Below, one piece after another: positions 36,238 through 47,360 of a stretch of 53,736 nt of DNA. Positions within the stretch are counted from its first letter, which is position 1; each line of letters starts with the position of its first letter. The notes under the pieces are model-generated. The model worked only from the letters and a program-made list of their open reading frames with translations. It did no database searches and had not been told where the DNA came from. A program made the translations under genes and the position numbers. Source of the DNA: Candidatus Hydrogenedentota bacterium (GTDB lineage: Bacteria > Hydrogenedentota > Hydrogenedentia > Hydrogenedentales > SLHB01); NCBI GenBank assembly GCA_029974275.1, contig JARKSN010000280.1, forward strand, positions 1 through 53,736, given 5' to 3'.

Positions 36238-38622
36238 GTGGCCGAAACTTATGTCATAAAGTGCGTTTGCGGTCATCCGATGAAGGTGACGGGGGACCAC
36301 TTTGGGCAAACGGGGCGTTGCGCCAAATGCGGAAGGCCCATTTACATCTCGCGCGGCAGCCTGCTCTCGGGGTATAGGGGATCGGCCATGACGACGATGC
36401 AGCAGGCATCGCGCGCGGCAGGGCCGGACGGCGTTCCCTTCGACTGGCAAGAGGGCGATGCCATTCTCGATCTGTACGACGTCCGGCGCCTGCTCGGACG
36501 CGGCGGCATGGGTTCCGTGTTTCTGGTGCATCACCGGCGCTGGGGCATCGATCTGGCGGTCAAAGCCCCGCGTCTGACGATGGCAAGCAAGGCAAGCGGC
36601 ATCGAGGCGTTCGAGCGCGAGTGCGAGACCTGGGTCAATCTGGGCGAACACCCCAATATCGTCAAATGTTATTACGTGCGGCGCCTGGGCGGCATTCCGC
36701 GCGTCTTCGCAGAATACGTGAGGGGCGGCAACCTCGGCGAGGCGATCCTCTCGGGCCGTTTGTATCGTGGCGGAAAGGATGTCGCTCTCGGGCGCATCCT
36801 GGACATGGCCATTCAGTTGGCGCGCGGACTGGCGTATGCCCAGGGAAAGGGTCTTGTCCATCGCGACGTAAAGCCGGCCAATGTCATGTTGACCCTCGAC
36901 GGAACGGCCAAGGTCACCGATTTCGGCATTGCCGCCATGATCGCGCACGACGGGGCGCACGTGACCGAGGGGGCCATGACCGGCACGCCGCTGTATGCGT
37001 CCCCGGAACAGAGCGCCGGTCGCAACGTAACCCGCCAAACAGACCTGTGGAGCTATGGGATGTCCGTGCTCGAGATGTTCATCGGCGGCGTCACCTGGAT
37101 GGCTGGACCCGCGGCTCCGGACGTGTTGGAGGGCTACCTCGAACAAGGGCCTGAGTCGCTCGACATTCCGCAGGCCCCGGACAAGGTGGCGGCGCTGCTG
37201 CGGCAATGTTTTTGCCTCCATCCCGAAGATCGCCCGCGCGATTTTGGCGAAGTCGAGCGAATCCTTGTCGAGGCGCACCGCGAATGTTGCGGAACGCCCT
37301 ATGCGCGGGAGACGCCGCGCGCGATCGAAGAATCGCCCGATGTGCTGTGCAATCGGGCAATGTCGTATCTTGACTTAGGCCGGACCGCCGACGCGGAATC
37401 GCTATGGCAGGAGGCGATCAAGGCCCAGCCCGATCACGCCGAGACGTTGTACAACCAGGGGCTCTATCTCTGGCGCGCAGGACGCATCACGGACCGCGAT
37501 TTGGTCGCGGCGCTATCCAAACTGTGCGAGGGACGGCCCGGCGAATGGCTGCCGCTATATCTCTTGGCGGAGGCGCACCTCGAGCGCGGCGACGCCGTGA
37601 GCGCGCAAGCCTGCCTTGACCGGATTCCCAGCGACTGCGGCGAGGACAACGACCTGCGCGAACTCGCTCGGGCGATCGCGACCCAAATGACGAACTCCCG
37701 AGGCCGGATCAAGAATTTTTGGGGTCACAATAGCGCGGTGAGCGCCGTCTACTTGGGATGGGACGCGAGCGTCGCGCTGTCCGGAAGCGTCAACGGCGCG
37801 GTGCGATTGTGGGACATGGCCACCCTTACGGAACGCTTCGCGCTGACCGGCCACAAGGCATTCATTTCTTCCGTGGTCTTGAGCGCCGATGGACGCTACG
37901 TCCTGAGCGCGAGCGCCGACGCTTCGGCCCGCGTGTGGGACGCCCTCACCGGCGAGGGCATACGGACCTATCAGGGCCATGCCGGACCCGTCACCGCAGC
38001 GGCGCTGACGGGAGACGGCCGCTGCGTGCTGACGGCCTCGATGGACGGATCCATTCGCGTGTGGGAAATGGCGACTGGCGTCTGTGAATGGGTCCTTCAA
38101 GGGCACGCGGGCGGCGTCCGCAGCTTGTTCGTCGCCGAGTTTGGCCGGTATGCCCTGTCTGGCGGCATGGACGGAAACGTGAACGTGTGGGACATTGGGT
38201 CTGGCGATTGCCAGGCGTCGATGGCGGGCCACAGCGGCCCCGTGCTGGTGGTGAGTCTCCGGCGCGATGGCCGCTATGCCTTGTCCGCCGGGGAAGACGC
38301 GACGTTGCGGCTGTGGGAAGTGGGCACGGGGCGTTGTCTGCACGTATTCGAAGGCCACCGCACGCGCGTGACCAGCCTGTGCATGGAACGCAACGGCGCG
38401 TACGCGTTATCCGCCGACGAAGCGAAGACCATGATGCTGTGGGAAGTGAATACGGGACGCTGCCTGCACACGTTCCAGGGCCAAGGCCCTCTCAGCCTGA
38501 GCGGCAACGGCCAATTTGCTCTGACGGGCGACCAAGACGGCAAATTGCACCTGTGGTCGGTGGCTTGCGGCGCGCCGCCGGTCGCTGCGAGAATGATGTT
38601 GTGTCGCACGGGTGCGGAGTGA
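36238..38622 (+). CDS. Hanks-type Ser/Thr kinase with N-terminal Zn ribbon, TPR and WD40 repeats
   Basis: CVCG...CAKC; LGRGGMG, AVK, HRDVKPAN, DFG, GTPLYASPE; about seven GH...WD/WE repeats. Confidence 0.93.
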   Translation: MAETYVIKCVCGHPMKVTGDHFGQTGRCAKCGRPIYISRGSLLSGYRGSAMTTMQQASRAAGPDGVPFDWQEGDAILDLYDVRRLLGRGGMGSVFLVHHRRWGIDLAVKAPRLTMASKASGIEAFERECETWVNLGEHPNIVKCYYVRRLGGIPRVFAEYVRGGNLGEAILSGRLYRGGKDVALGRILDMAIQLARGLAYAQGKGLVHRDVKPANVMLTLDGTAKVTDFGIAAMIAHDGAHVTEGAMTGTPLYASPEQSAGRNVTRQTDLWSYGMSVLEMFIGGVTWMAGPAAPDVLEGYLEQGPESLDIPQAPDKVAALLRQCFCLHPEDRPRDFGEVERILVEAHRECCGTPYARETPRAIEESPDVLCNRAMSYLDLGRTADAESLWQEAIKAQPDHAETLYNQGLYLWRAGRITDRDLVAALSKLCEGRPGEWLPLYLLAEAHLERGDAVSAQACLDRIPSDCGEDNDLRELARAIATQMTNSRGRIKNFWGHNSAVSAVYLGWDASVALSGSVNGAVRLWDMATLTERFALTGHKAFISSVVLSADGRYVLSASADASARVWDALTGEGIRTYQGHAGPVTAAALTGDGRCVLTASMDGSIRVWEMATGVCEWVLQGHAGGVRSLFVAEFGRYALSGGMDGNVNVWDIGSGDCQASMAGHSGPVLVVSLRRDGRYALSAGEDATLRLWEVGTGRCLHVFEGHRTRVTSLCMERNGAYALSADEAKTMMLWEVNTGRCLHTFQGQGPLSLSGNGQFALTGDQDGKLHLWSVACGAPPVAARMMLCRTGAE

Positions 38623-38662
38623 CGCAGCAAAAAAAGAGAGGTCGTCTCCTGGGAGAAAGCGC

Positions 38663-39109
38663 ATGAATCGGCAGATACCGGAAGGAAGAAAGACGCTCTA
38701 TTACGTCGGCACGGCCCTTGCCGCGATCGGCCTCCTGTCATTCCTGTCGACGTTTTTAACGTTTGCAATGCATTTCGGCGATTTCCGCAACTTCGAAGCC
38801 CATGCACGGTCCGACATGTTCCGGGCCTTTGGCGGAATGATCCTCATGATAATCGGCCTCGTCGTGCGGGGGATTGGCGCGGCGGGCTTGGCCGGGTCCG
38901 GCGTGGTGCTTGACCCGCAGCGCGCGCGCGAAGACCTCGAGCCGTATACGCGCATGGCCGGAGGCATGGTGAAGGATGCGATGCAGGAAGCCGGCATCCA
39001 CGTGGGGGCTTCCGAACCTCGGCAGATCGTCGTAATCAAATGCCCCTCGTGCGGCAAACGGAACGAGGAAGACGCCAAGTTTTGTCAGGAATGCGGACGC
39101 CAACTGTAG
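38663..39109 (+). CDS. two-TM membrane protein with C-terminal zinc ribbon
   Basis: Two hydrophobic helices; [19 protein letters not shown]. Confidence 0.8.
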   Translation: MNRQIPEGRKTLYYVGTALAAIGLLSFLSTFLTFAMHFGDFRNFEAHARSDMFRAFGGMILMIIGLVVRGIGAAGLAGSGVVLDPQRAREDLEPYTRMAGGMVKDAMQEAGIHVGASEPRQIVVIKCPSCGKRNEEDAKFCQECGRQL

Positions 39110-39126
39110 CAAGGAAGAATCCTTTC

Positions 39127-40533
39127 ATGAGCGAAGACACGACGCAGTATCGCATGGAACGCGACACCATGGGCGAGATGCCTGTTCCGGTTGACCGCTA
39201 TTACGGCTGCCAGACGGCGCGGTCCTTGGTGCATTTCAAGATCGGCGCGGAGCGCATGCCGCGTGAAATCATCCGCGCGTTGGGCGTCTTGAAGAAGGCC
39301 GCGGCGCTGGTCAACCGCGACATGGGCCTGCTCAAGCCCGAACTGTGCGAACTCATCTGTTTGGCGTGCGATGAAGTCATCGAGGGAAGACTCGATGACC
39401 ATTTTCCGCTCTCGATCTGGCAGACCGGCAGCGGCACGCAGACCAATATGAACGCGAACGAGGTTATCTCGAACCGCGCCATCGAAATGCTCGGCGGCGA
39501 ACTGGGCAGCAAGACGCCCGTCCACCCGAACGACCACGTCAACATGTCGCAATCCTCGAACGACACCTTCCCGACGGCCATGCATATCGCCGCTGCCGAG
39601 CAAATCGTGCATCGGCTGTTGCCTGCGCTGACGCGCCTGCGCGACGCGTTCGCGGAAAAGGCCGCGGCGTTCCAGGGCATCGTCAAAATCGGACGCACGC
39701 ACCTCATGGACGCCACCCCCCTCACGCTCGGCCAGGAGTTCTCGGGCTACGTGCAGCAACTGACATACGGCATCGAGCGCATCGAGTCGACCGTGCCGCA
39801 TGTGTACGAACTTGCGATCGGCGGCACCGCCGTCGGGACGGGGCTCAACACCAAGAAGGGCTACGATGAAAAGGTCGCATCGCGAATCGCCGAGTTGACG
39901 GGCCTGCCTTTTGTCACCGCGCCGAACAAGTTCGAATCGCTCGCCGCGCACGATGCGCTCGTAATGATTTCGGGCGCGCTCAAAACCGTGGCGTGCAGCC
40001 TGATGAAGATCGCCAACGACATCCGCTGGCTGGCGAGCGGCCCGCGGTGCGGGCTCGGCGAACTGCTCATTCCCGAAAACGAGCCGGGCTCGTCGATCAT
40101 GCCCGGCAAGGTGAACCCGACGCAGTGCGAGGCCGTCACGATGGTGGCGGCGCAGGTCATGGGCAACGATGTTTCCGTCAGCATGGGCGGCGCGATGGGG
40201 AACTTCGAACTCAACGTGTTCAAGCCGGTGATGATTCACAACGTGCTGCAATCGGTCCGTTTGCTGGCCGATGCCGCCGACTCGTTCCGCGAACATTGCG
40301 TCGTGGGCATCGAGGCCAACGAAAAACGCATCGACCAACTCCTGCACGAGTCGCTCATGCTGGTGACGGCGCTGAATCGCCGGATCGGCTACGACAACGC
40401 CGCGAAGATCGCCAAGACCGCGCATCAGAATGGAACCACGCTGCGGCAAGAAGCCGTCAGGCTGGGGCTCCTCACGGGAGAGGAATTCGACGAACTCGTC
40501 GATCCCGGCAAAATGATAGGCCCGTCGGCCTGA
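39127..40533 (+). CDS. fumC: class II fumarate hydratase
   Basis: [39 protein letters not shown]. Confidence 0.98.
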   Translation: MSEDTTQYRMERDTMGEMPVPVDRYYGCQTARSLVHFKIGAERMPREIIRALGVLKKAAALVNRDMGLLKPELCELICLACDEVIEGRLDDHFPLSIWQTGSGTQTNMNANEVISNRAIEMLGGELGSKTPVHPNDHVNMSQSSNDTFPTAMHIAAAEQIVHRLLPALTRLRDAFAEKAAAFQGIVKIGRTHLMDATPLTLGQEFSGYVQQLTYGIERIESTVPHVYELAIGGTAVGTGLNTKKGYDEKVASRIAELTGLPFVTAPNKFESLAAHDALVMISGALKTVACSLMKIANDIRWLASGPRCGLGELLIPENEPGSSIMPGKVNPTQCEAVTMVAAQVMGNDVSVSMGGAMGNFELNVFKPVMIHNVLQSVRLLADAADSFREHCVVGIEANEKRIDQLLHESLMLVTALNRRIGYDNAAKIAKTAHQNGTTLRQEAVRLGLLTGEEFDELVDPGKMIGPSA

Positions 40534-40628
40534 AGCCGTTGCCTGTCGTCAAGGTTCTCTTGTTGATCGCACCGCCCGGCGTGCGTATTGTGGCCATGTT
40601 CGCGGGGGCTGAAAGGGCGGGTGTCGTC

Positions 40629-42593
40629 ATGCTGATGCGTTGGCTCTCTGTAGTCTGTCTTCTTGCGGCGGGGATTTCATGTTCCCAAAATGTCGAGACC
40701 GCCCCTCCGCAGTCTTCGTCGCCTGTTTCGCGAACACTGCATCCCCCGCGCGATCTCGAGGGACTGTACACGCTTGCCGATTATCGCGCGCTGAAGAATT
40801 CTTTCATCCTCGGCCTTGAAACGCGCGCGCACATGACGCCCGCGTTAATGCCCGGGCAACGAATCGTGGTGATGGACGCGCAAGGATGCGGCAGCATTCG
40901 GCACATTTGGCAGACGGATAAACGCACACCCTTGCGCTTCGAGTTCTTCGTCGACGGCGAAACGACGCCAAGCATCGCCGGAACGATGCGCGACCTAGCC
41001 CCTGCGGCGGCGATGTGTCAGCAGCCGTTTGTTTCCAACGCGGGCGGAATCATCCCCAAAAAATCCTACAACATCTACCTGCCTATCCCGTTCGAAAAGT
41101 CCATGCGCATCGAAGTCGCGGCCCCCGAGGTCTCGATCGAACAACTCAGCCTGAATTTCCTTCAGATCGAGTACCGCCTCGACGATTCCTCGCTGAACGG
41201 GGTGCGGCTGCGGTACGACGCGAACGGTTTCCGGTATGAAGGGCTGGACAAAGCGGCCCACGCATCGCCCCCCGAGCAAGTGACGGTGCAATCCCGAACG
41301 TTTAGCATGAAACCGGGCCAGCGGGCCGCGATACAAGGCCCCGGCATTATCCGGACGCTCTCCGTCGATGGATTCGACCCGAACGACGTCTTGCGCATTT
41401 ATTTCGATGGCGAGACGACGGCGGCGGTGGATGTGCGTCTCGCGGACCTTTTCGGCCCATTCCATGGGGTCGCGTTCGCGAAAAACGCCTGCAACCTGCC
41501 GATGCCCTTCAAACAAGAAGCCCAGTTCGAAATCGTCTCCAAGAACATGCGTCCGCAGCGCACGGCGCTCGTCAACACGGAGCCGGTTTCCGCATTCGCC
41601 GCGGATTGGGGGTACTTCCACGCGAAAAGTCATGCCGAGAACCGCACGCGCGGTTATGTTCCCTACCCGGTCTTGTTCACCAAGGGGCGCGGGCAATTCG
41701 TCGGCATGGCCTTGTTCAACACCGGCCATGACCACGGCGGAGCGGACTTCATGGTTGTCGACGGCGGCGCGCCGCGACCGGATTTTCTGCACGGAACGAA
41801 CGGCGAGGATTACTTTGGATTCGCATGGTTTGGCGCGGGAAACAACCCCCCGTACTCGGAAGCCGTGAACAACGTGCTGGGTCGCATGCGGCTTCACCTC
41901 GAGAACGTCGTCCCGTTCCGCGAGTCCATCGAAGTTTCCTGGGGGGCCTTGGAGAACCTCGACCTCCGGTCCGTCGCGTACTGGTATCAGGACTCGCCCG
42001 CTGACTTGACGCAAATGGGCGACGCGGCGCTCGGACGCGAGTGGGAGGTGTTTGGGCCGGTGACGGCGCTCACGCCCCCGGGCAAGCCGCTGCCCGACAT
42101 GAGCAGCGCAGACGCCCTGTTTGCCGCGCTTCCATCGGAGGCCGATCTGGACGCGCGAAAGGCCGTCCCGATCGAGCACCGCTATCACGATGTCTACCCC
42201 GGAACGTTCAAGGGCTGGAAAACGCAACGCGCCGTCGCCAACGATCTCAATCTTATGTACATCTACCGGCACGTCCTCGCGCTCAACGAGCGAAGCCACA
42301 TGGGCATATACCCGCGAAGCATGATGGCGCGCACGACCATCAAGAGCGCTACGGAACAACCCGTCACATTTCAGTTGTCGTACGACGACCCGCTCGAAGT
42401 GCGCCTGAACGGGGCCGTCGTCCACACGGACCTGACCGTCCATCCCGGTTTTGTGACGCAGCGATTTTCCGGGACGCTTCGCGCGGGCGACAACGCGCTC
42501 CTGGTTCGCATGCTCGACACCGCGAACTGGAACACCGCGTGGGCCGCACTCAATCTGCGCGTGCTCGATGCGCAAGGGCGCGAATTGCCGTAG
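40629..42593 (+). CDS. DUF2961 (GH172-like) lipoprotein
   Basis: Lipobox-like GISC; two DUF2961-like lobes (GSIRHIW...VDGETTP; GPGIIR...FDGETT); HGTNGEDYFG. Confidence 0.75.
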   Translation: MLMRWLSVVCLLAAGISCSQNVETAPPQSSSPVSRTLHPPRDLEGLYTLADYRALKNSFILGLETRAHMTPALMPGQRIVVMDAQGCGSIRHIWQTDKRTPLRFEFFVDGETTPSIAGTMRDLAPAAAMCQQPFVSNAGGIIPKKSYNIYLPIPFEKSMRIEVAAPEVSIEQLSLNFLQIEYRLDDSSLNGVRLRYDANGFRYEGLDKAAHASPPEQVTVQSRTFSMKPGQRAAIQGPGIIRTLSVDGFDPNDVLRIYFDGETTAAVDVRLADLFGPFHGVAFAKNACNLPMPFKQEAQFEIVSKNMRPQRTALVNTEPVSAFAADWGYFHAKSHAENRTRGYVPYPVLFTKGRGQFVGMALFNTGHDHGGADFMVVDGGAPRPDFLHGTNGEDYFGFAWFGAGNNPPYSEAVNNVLGRMRLHLENVVPFRESIEVSWGALENLDLRSVAYWYQDSPADLTQMGDAALGREWEVFGPVTALTPPGKPLPDMSSADALFAALPSEADLDARKAVPIEHRYHDVYPGTFKGWKTQRAVANDLNLMYIYRHVLALNERSHMGIYPRSMMARTTIKSATEQPVTFQLSYDDPLEVRLNGAVVHTDLTVHPGFVTQRFSGTLRAGDNALLVRMLDTANWNTAWAALNLRVLDAQGRELP

Positions 42594-42680
42594 GAGGCGT
42601 TGCCGTTGTTGCAGCCCGGACGGGCAGGGTGTAGAGTGCACCTGTTTTTGCGGGGGCGTACAGGGACAAGGAGCGAGGGC

Positions 42681-43697
42681 ATGAAAACGAAGCTCTGGAT
42701 GATGACCGCCGGCGTCGCGTTGTTGTTTGCCGGATCCGCCGCCGCCCAGATGGCTGCCGAGCCAAAAGGAGACCACCCGGTTATCAAGCCGTATCCCAAG
42801 TCATTGCTCCAGAAGGGCGAGAGCGAATGGCGCGAGAATTTCTCCTGGGCGTTCAACGTGACCAACGCGGAAACAGACGAAACGGAAACGAAAACAGTCC
42901 AAGGAAAGTACTGGCGGCTCACGTATGTCGTCATCGGCAAAGTGGAGCGGAAAGCCCCGGAAAAGCCGGCCGCGCCACAGCCATCCGCAGACGCCGCCGC
43001 CTCGTCCGGCGAGGAAGAGGATCCGGCGGAGGCTCGCGCCGCCGCGTCGACCTCGGCGCAACCGGCAGAACTGGAATCAGAACCCGTTGCCGGCCCGGAA
43101 AAGAATGAAGCCGTCACGGCAAAACACATCGCCGAGCACTACCTGCAATTCGCCCAGGAGAAAAACGCCCGTATCGTTTACGACGACGTGAAAAACGGCG
43201 CGTTGACGTTTGTGCTTTCCGACGACGCCGGGAGCAAAACGTGGTGTCATGTCGAGGCGGGCGCGGGGGAATACGGCCTGTGGATCATGGACGAACGATC
43301 GAACGAAAAGCGTCTGACGTTCAACGCCAGCCAGATCAAGAAGACCCTGGACGCCGCGGGACGGGTGGCGCTGTACGGCGTTTATTTTGAAAGCGGCAAA
43401 TCGTCTCTCAAGACGCAATCGTTCGCGACGCTGCAGGAGCTGGTCAAGCTGTGCCGGGCCTACCCGGACCTTGCGCTGGAAGTCCAGTGCCACACCGACA
43501 ATCAGGGCGACGAAACGCACAACCTTGAAATGTCCAAGCAACGCGCGGAAAACGTGAAGTCCTTTCTCGTGTTGTTCGGCGTGGACTCGGCGCGCATCAC
43601 GGCCCAGGGATGCGGCGGCGCGCAGCCGATTGCATCGAACGACGCCGAAGAAGGGCGCGCGCAGAATCGTCGCGTCGAGATAGTGAAGCAGAAGTGA
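42681..43697 (+). CDS. OmpA-family peptidoglycan-binding protein
   Basis: Signal peptide; YGVYFESGK, HTDNQG, NLEMSKQRA, NRRVEI. Confidence 0.9.
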   Translation: MKTKLWMMTAGVALLFAGSAAAQMAAEPKGDHPVIKPYPKSLLQKGESEWRENFSWAFNVTNAETDETETKTVQGKYWRLTYVVIGKVERKAPEKPAAPQPSADAAASSGEEEDPAEARAAASTSAQPAELESEPVAGPEKNEAVTAKHIAEHYLQFAQEKNARIVYDDVKNGALTFVLSDDAGSKTWCHVEAGAGEYGLWIMDERSNEKRLTFNASQIKKTLDAAGRVALYGVYFESGKSSLKTQSFATLQELVKLCRAYPDLALEVQCHTDNQGDETHNLEMSKQRAENVKSFLVLFGVDSARITAQGCGGAQPIASNDAEEGRAQNRRVEIVKQK

Positions 43698-43755
43698 TGG
43701 CTATCGCCCCCAAACGATGATTTCCATTGGCAATCCAAGCGGAGGAATCGCCCGC

Positions 43756-45186
43756 ATGTCTCGCGACCTATTCATCACCGAGGATTTTTTGTTGGAGACC
43801 GAAGCGGCCCGGCGCCTTTTTCATGAATGCGCCAAGGACCTGCCCATCATCGATTACCATTGTCATCTTCCGCCGGAACACATCGCGACGGACCATCGGT
43901 TCGCCAACCTGACGGAGATATGGCTTCACGGCGACCACTACAAATGGCGCGCGATGCGCACCTGCGGCGTGCCCGAGCGATACTGCGCGGGAAACGCCCC
44001 CGACAAGGAAAAGTTCCTGAAATGGGCCCAAACCGTGCCGCAACTCGTGCGAAACCCCCTCTACCACTGGACGCACCTCGAGTTGAAACGGCCGTTCGGC
44101 ATTTCGGATCGCCTGCTGAATCTCGACACCGCCGAAGGCATCTGGAACGAATGCAACGAGAAGCTGGCGCAGCCCGAGTTCTCCTGCCGCGGAATCATGA
44201 AGCGCATGAACGTCGCGCTGGTCTGCACGACCGACGACCCCGTCGATCCGCTGCAACACCACCGCGCGATCCAAAGCGACGCGTCGTTCCGAATTCAGGT
44301 GCTGCCGACCTGGCGCCCCGACAAGGCCATGGCCGTCGAGGATCCCGCCGCGTTCAACCGCTGGGTGGATATGCTGGCCGTTGCGGCGAACGAAGACATC
44401 CGCGACTATGCGGCCTTCATGGACGCCCTGCACAAGCGCCACGCCTATTTTCACGACATGGGATGCCGGCTGTCCGACCATGGCCTCGAGACGATCTGCG
44501 CGGAAAGCGGCGCCGCGAGCGAAATACCGGCCATTTTCGCGAAAGTCCGCAAACAAGCCTCGCTGACCCGAGAGGAAATCCTCAAATTCAAATCGGCGAT
44601 GCTTCATGAATTCGCCGTCATGGATCATGCGCGCGGCTGGACGCAGCAATTTCACCTCGGCGCGCTGCGCAATGCGAACTCGCGGATGTTCGATCTCTTC
44701 GGTCCGGACAAAGGCTACGACTCGATCGGCGATTTCGAGATCGCTCGCCCGATGCGCCGTTTCCTCGATCGCCTGAACCGCACGGACCAACTCGCGCGCA
44801 CCATCGTCTACAACCTGAACCCGCGCGACAACGAACTGCTCGTCGCCATGATGGGGAATTTCCAGGACGGCGTCACCCCGGGCAAAATGCAACACGGCAG
44901 CGCGTGGTGGTTTCTCGACCAAATGGACGGCATGCAAAAACAGATCGAGTCGCTCTCCCAACTCGGCGCGCTGAGCCGGTTCGTCGGCATGCTCACCGAT
45001 AGCCGCTCGTTCCTGAGCTACACGCGCCACGAGTATTTCCGGCGCATCCTCTGCAACATGCTCGGAAACGATATGACGCGCGGCCTGATCCCTTCCGATA
45101 TGCAACTCATCGGGAACATGGTTCGCGACATCTGCTACAACAACGCCGCCGCCTATTTCGGCTTCGATCTGCCGGCGCCCAGATAG
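43756..45186 (+). CDS. uxaC: uronate isomerase
   Basis: IIDYHCHL, GDHYKWRAMR, CTTDDP, GSAWWFLD, GMLTDSRSFLSY. Confidence 0.97.
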   Translation: MSRDLFITEDFLLETEAARRLFHECAKDLPIIDYHCHLPPEHIATDHRFANLTEIWLHGDHYKWRAMRTCGVPERYCAGNAPDKEKFLKWAQTVPQLVRNPLYHWTHLELKRPFGISDRLLNLDTAEGIWNECNEKLAQPEFSCRGIMKRMNVALVCTTDDPVDPLQHHRAIQSDASFRIQVLPTWRPDKAMAVEDPAAFNRWVDMLAVAANEDIRDYAAFMDALHKRHAYFHDMGCRLSDHGLETICAESGAASEIPAIFAKVRKQASLTREEILKFKSAMLHEFAVMDHARGWTQQFHLGALRNANSRMFDLFGPDKGYDSIGDFEIARPMRRFLDRLNRTDQLARTIVYNLNPRDNELLVAMMGNFQDGVTPGKMQHGSAWWFLDQMDGMQKQIESLSQLGALSRFVGMLTDSRSFLSYTRHEYFRRILCNMLGNDMTRGLIPSDMQLIGNMVRDICYNNAAAYFGFDLPAPR

Positions 45187-45406
45187 CCCGCATTTCCTGC
45201 CGCAACGCGCTTGGGCTCCCGGCGCCCTCTGCCCCAACCCCGGCGATTCGCCCCTGTCGATTCGCCCCTTGAACGGCAGGAAGGCAACGATTATGCTGTT
45301 CCGATAACTTTGGGACGTATGTTGCGGCCTGACGGAGACCCCGGCGCTATCGGTGGAAAGACGGCGCGGGGGCGCCCGGAAGCCGAGGTGAAGCATCGCG
45401 CATTAT

Positions 45407-47302
45407 ATGCAGACGCAAGTCGAAGAGAATGAGGGCCATCGTTCGAAGTCGTTGGCCGTTTTAGTGTTGGGGGCGCTGGGGATCGTGTACGGAGACATCG
45501 GCACCAGCCCCCTCTATGCCTTGCGGGTCTGTTTCGGGAAAAACCATCCTTTCGAACCGTCCCCCGAAAACGTGCTCGGAATTCTGTCGCTCATCTTCTG
45601 GGCGCTGATGCTTGTCATCTCGCTCAAATACATGGCCTTTGTTTTGCGCGCCGACAATCGGGGCGAAGGCGGCATCATGGCGTTGATGGCGCTGGCCGCC
45701 GGCCGGAGGGCCAACGGCAAGCGGGGGCTGCTGGTGGCGCTGGGACTGTTCGGGGCCTCGCTGCTGTACGGAGACGGGATGATAACGCCCGCCATCTCCG
45801 TGCTGAGCGCCATCGAGGGCATTGGGGTGCTTGCCCCGCAACTGGAGCCTTACGTCGTTCCGCTCACGGCGCTCACGCTCGTTTTCTTATTCCTGTTCCA
45901 GAAACGGGGCACCGCCAAGATCGGGGCCGTTTTCGGTCCGATTATCCTGGTGTGGTTCTTCTCGATTGGCCTGTTGGGGGTGTGCGCGATCGTGCAAGAG
46001 CCGCGCGTGCTGGCCGCGATCAACCCGATGCATGCCGCGTTGTTCATGGCGCATCACGGCGTATCGGGTTTCTTGGTATTGGGCGCGGTTTTCCTCGTCG
46101 TGACGGGAGGAGAAGCCCTGTATGCCGATATGGGGCATTTCGGACGGAGTCCGATCCGATGGGGGTGGTTTGCGGTGGCCTTGCCCGGCCTGTTGATGAA
46201 TTATTTCGGCCAGGGGGCGTTGCTGCTGTTGGATGCCAGGACCATCGATAACCCGTTTTACGGGTTGGTGCCGCGGTGGGGGTTGCTGCCGATGGTGGGG
46301 TTATCCACGGCGGCGACGGTCATTGCGTCGCAGGCGGTGATATCAGGGGCCTTCTCGATGACGCGGCAGGCGGTTTTGCTGGGGTATTTGCCGCGCGTCA
46401 ACATCATCCATACCTCGGCGCACACCATCGGCCAAATCTATATTCCCGTCGTGAATCGTTTCCTGTTTGTCGCGACGATTGGACTGGTCATAGGGTTCCG
46501 GTCTTCGGACAATTTGGCGGCGGCATACGGCGTTTCCGTGACGACGACGATGCTGATCACGACGCTCTTGCTGTTTGTGGTGGCGCGCCGGCGGTGGGGG
46601 TGGGGGCGGCTCTCGGCCTGCGCCTTAACGGGGCTGTTTTTGGTCTTTGATGTCAGTTTTTCCAGCGCCACGCTCACCAAGGTGCTTTCGGGCGGTTGGT
46701 TTCCATTGGTCATGGGCGTGTTGGTTTTTCTCGTGATGGAGACATGGCGCCTGGGCCGTGCGGCGCTCAACGAGCAATTCGCGGCCCGATCGTTGTCGCT
46801 AGACCTGTTTATCCAGAGCATCACCCTTGCCGAACCGACGCCCGCGCGGGTGCCGGGAACGGCCATTTTCATGTCGGGCAACCAGCACGGAACGCCCCCG
46901 GTGCTCTTGCACAACATCAAGTACAACAAAGTGTTGCACGAAGTCATCGCGGTGGTTACGGTGCTGATCGAAGAGGCGGCCTACGTTCCCGAGGCGGAGC
47001 GCATCGAGATGGAAAACCTGGGGCAGGGCTTTTACCGGATCAGACTGCGATACGGATTCATGGAAAGCCCCGATGTGCCCCAGGCGCTTGTCGCGTGCCG
47101 GGAACAGGGGCTTCCCTTCGACGAGCGCCTGTCCGGCTATTTCCTGGGCCATGAAAACGTCCGTATCGCAAACAAATCCGGAATGCCCTCTTGGCGGCAG
47201 CGACTTTTCGCATTTCTGACGCGAAACGCGTATGGCGCCACGGGTTTCTTCAATATCCCCCCCAATCAAGTGGTCGAACTGGGCGTCCAGGTGGAGCTCT
47301 AG
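45407..47302 (+). CDS. kup: KUP/HAK potassium transporter
   Basis: GIVYGDIGTSPLY, ADNRGEGG, GDGMITPAISVLSA, EALYADMGHFG. Confidence 0.97.
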   Translation: MQTQVEENEGHRSKSLAVLVLGALGIVYGDIGTSPLYALRVCFGKNHPFEPSPENVLGILSLIFWALMLVISLKYMAFVLRADNRGEGGIMALMALAAGRRANGKRGLLVALGLFGASLLYGDGMITPAISVLSAIEGIGVLAPQLEPYVVPLTALTLVFLFLFQKRGTAKIGAVFGPIILVWFFSIGLLGVCAIVQEPRVLAAINPMHAALFMAHHGVSGFLVLGAVFLVVTGGEALYADMGHFGRSPIRWGWFAVALPGLLMNYFGQGALLLLDARTIDNPFYGLVPRWGLLPMVGLSTAATVIASQAVISGAFSMTRQAVLLGYLPRVNIIHTSAHTIGQIYIPVVNRFLFVATIGLVIGFRSSDNLAAAYGVSVTTTMLITTLLLFVVARRRWGWGRLSACALTGLFLVFDVSFSSATLTKVLSGGWFPLVMGVLVFLVMETWRLGRAALNEQFAARSLSLDLFIQSITLAEPTPARVPGTAIFMSGNQHGTPPVLLHNIKYNKVLHEVIAVVTVLIEEAAYVPEAERIEMENLGQGFYRIRLRYGFMESPDVPQALVACREQGLPFDERLSGYFLGHENVRIANKSGMPSWRQRLFAFLTRNAYGATGFFNIPPNQVVELGVQVEL

Positions 47303-47360
47303 CGCCTTTTCGCGGAGGATGCGCGCGCGCCCGCATGGCGAAACGTGGCGGAGTCGGCAG

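Noticed and set aside
37710..38560. Nucleotide-level tandem repeats
   Set aside because: They are diverged WD40 coding repeats within the kinase gene, not an independent element.
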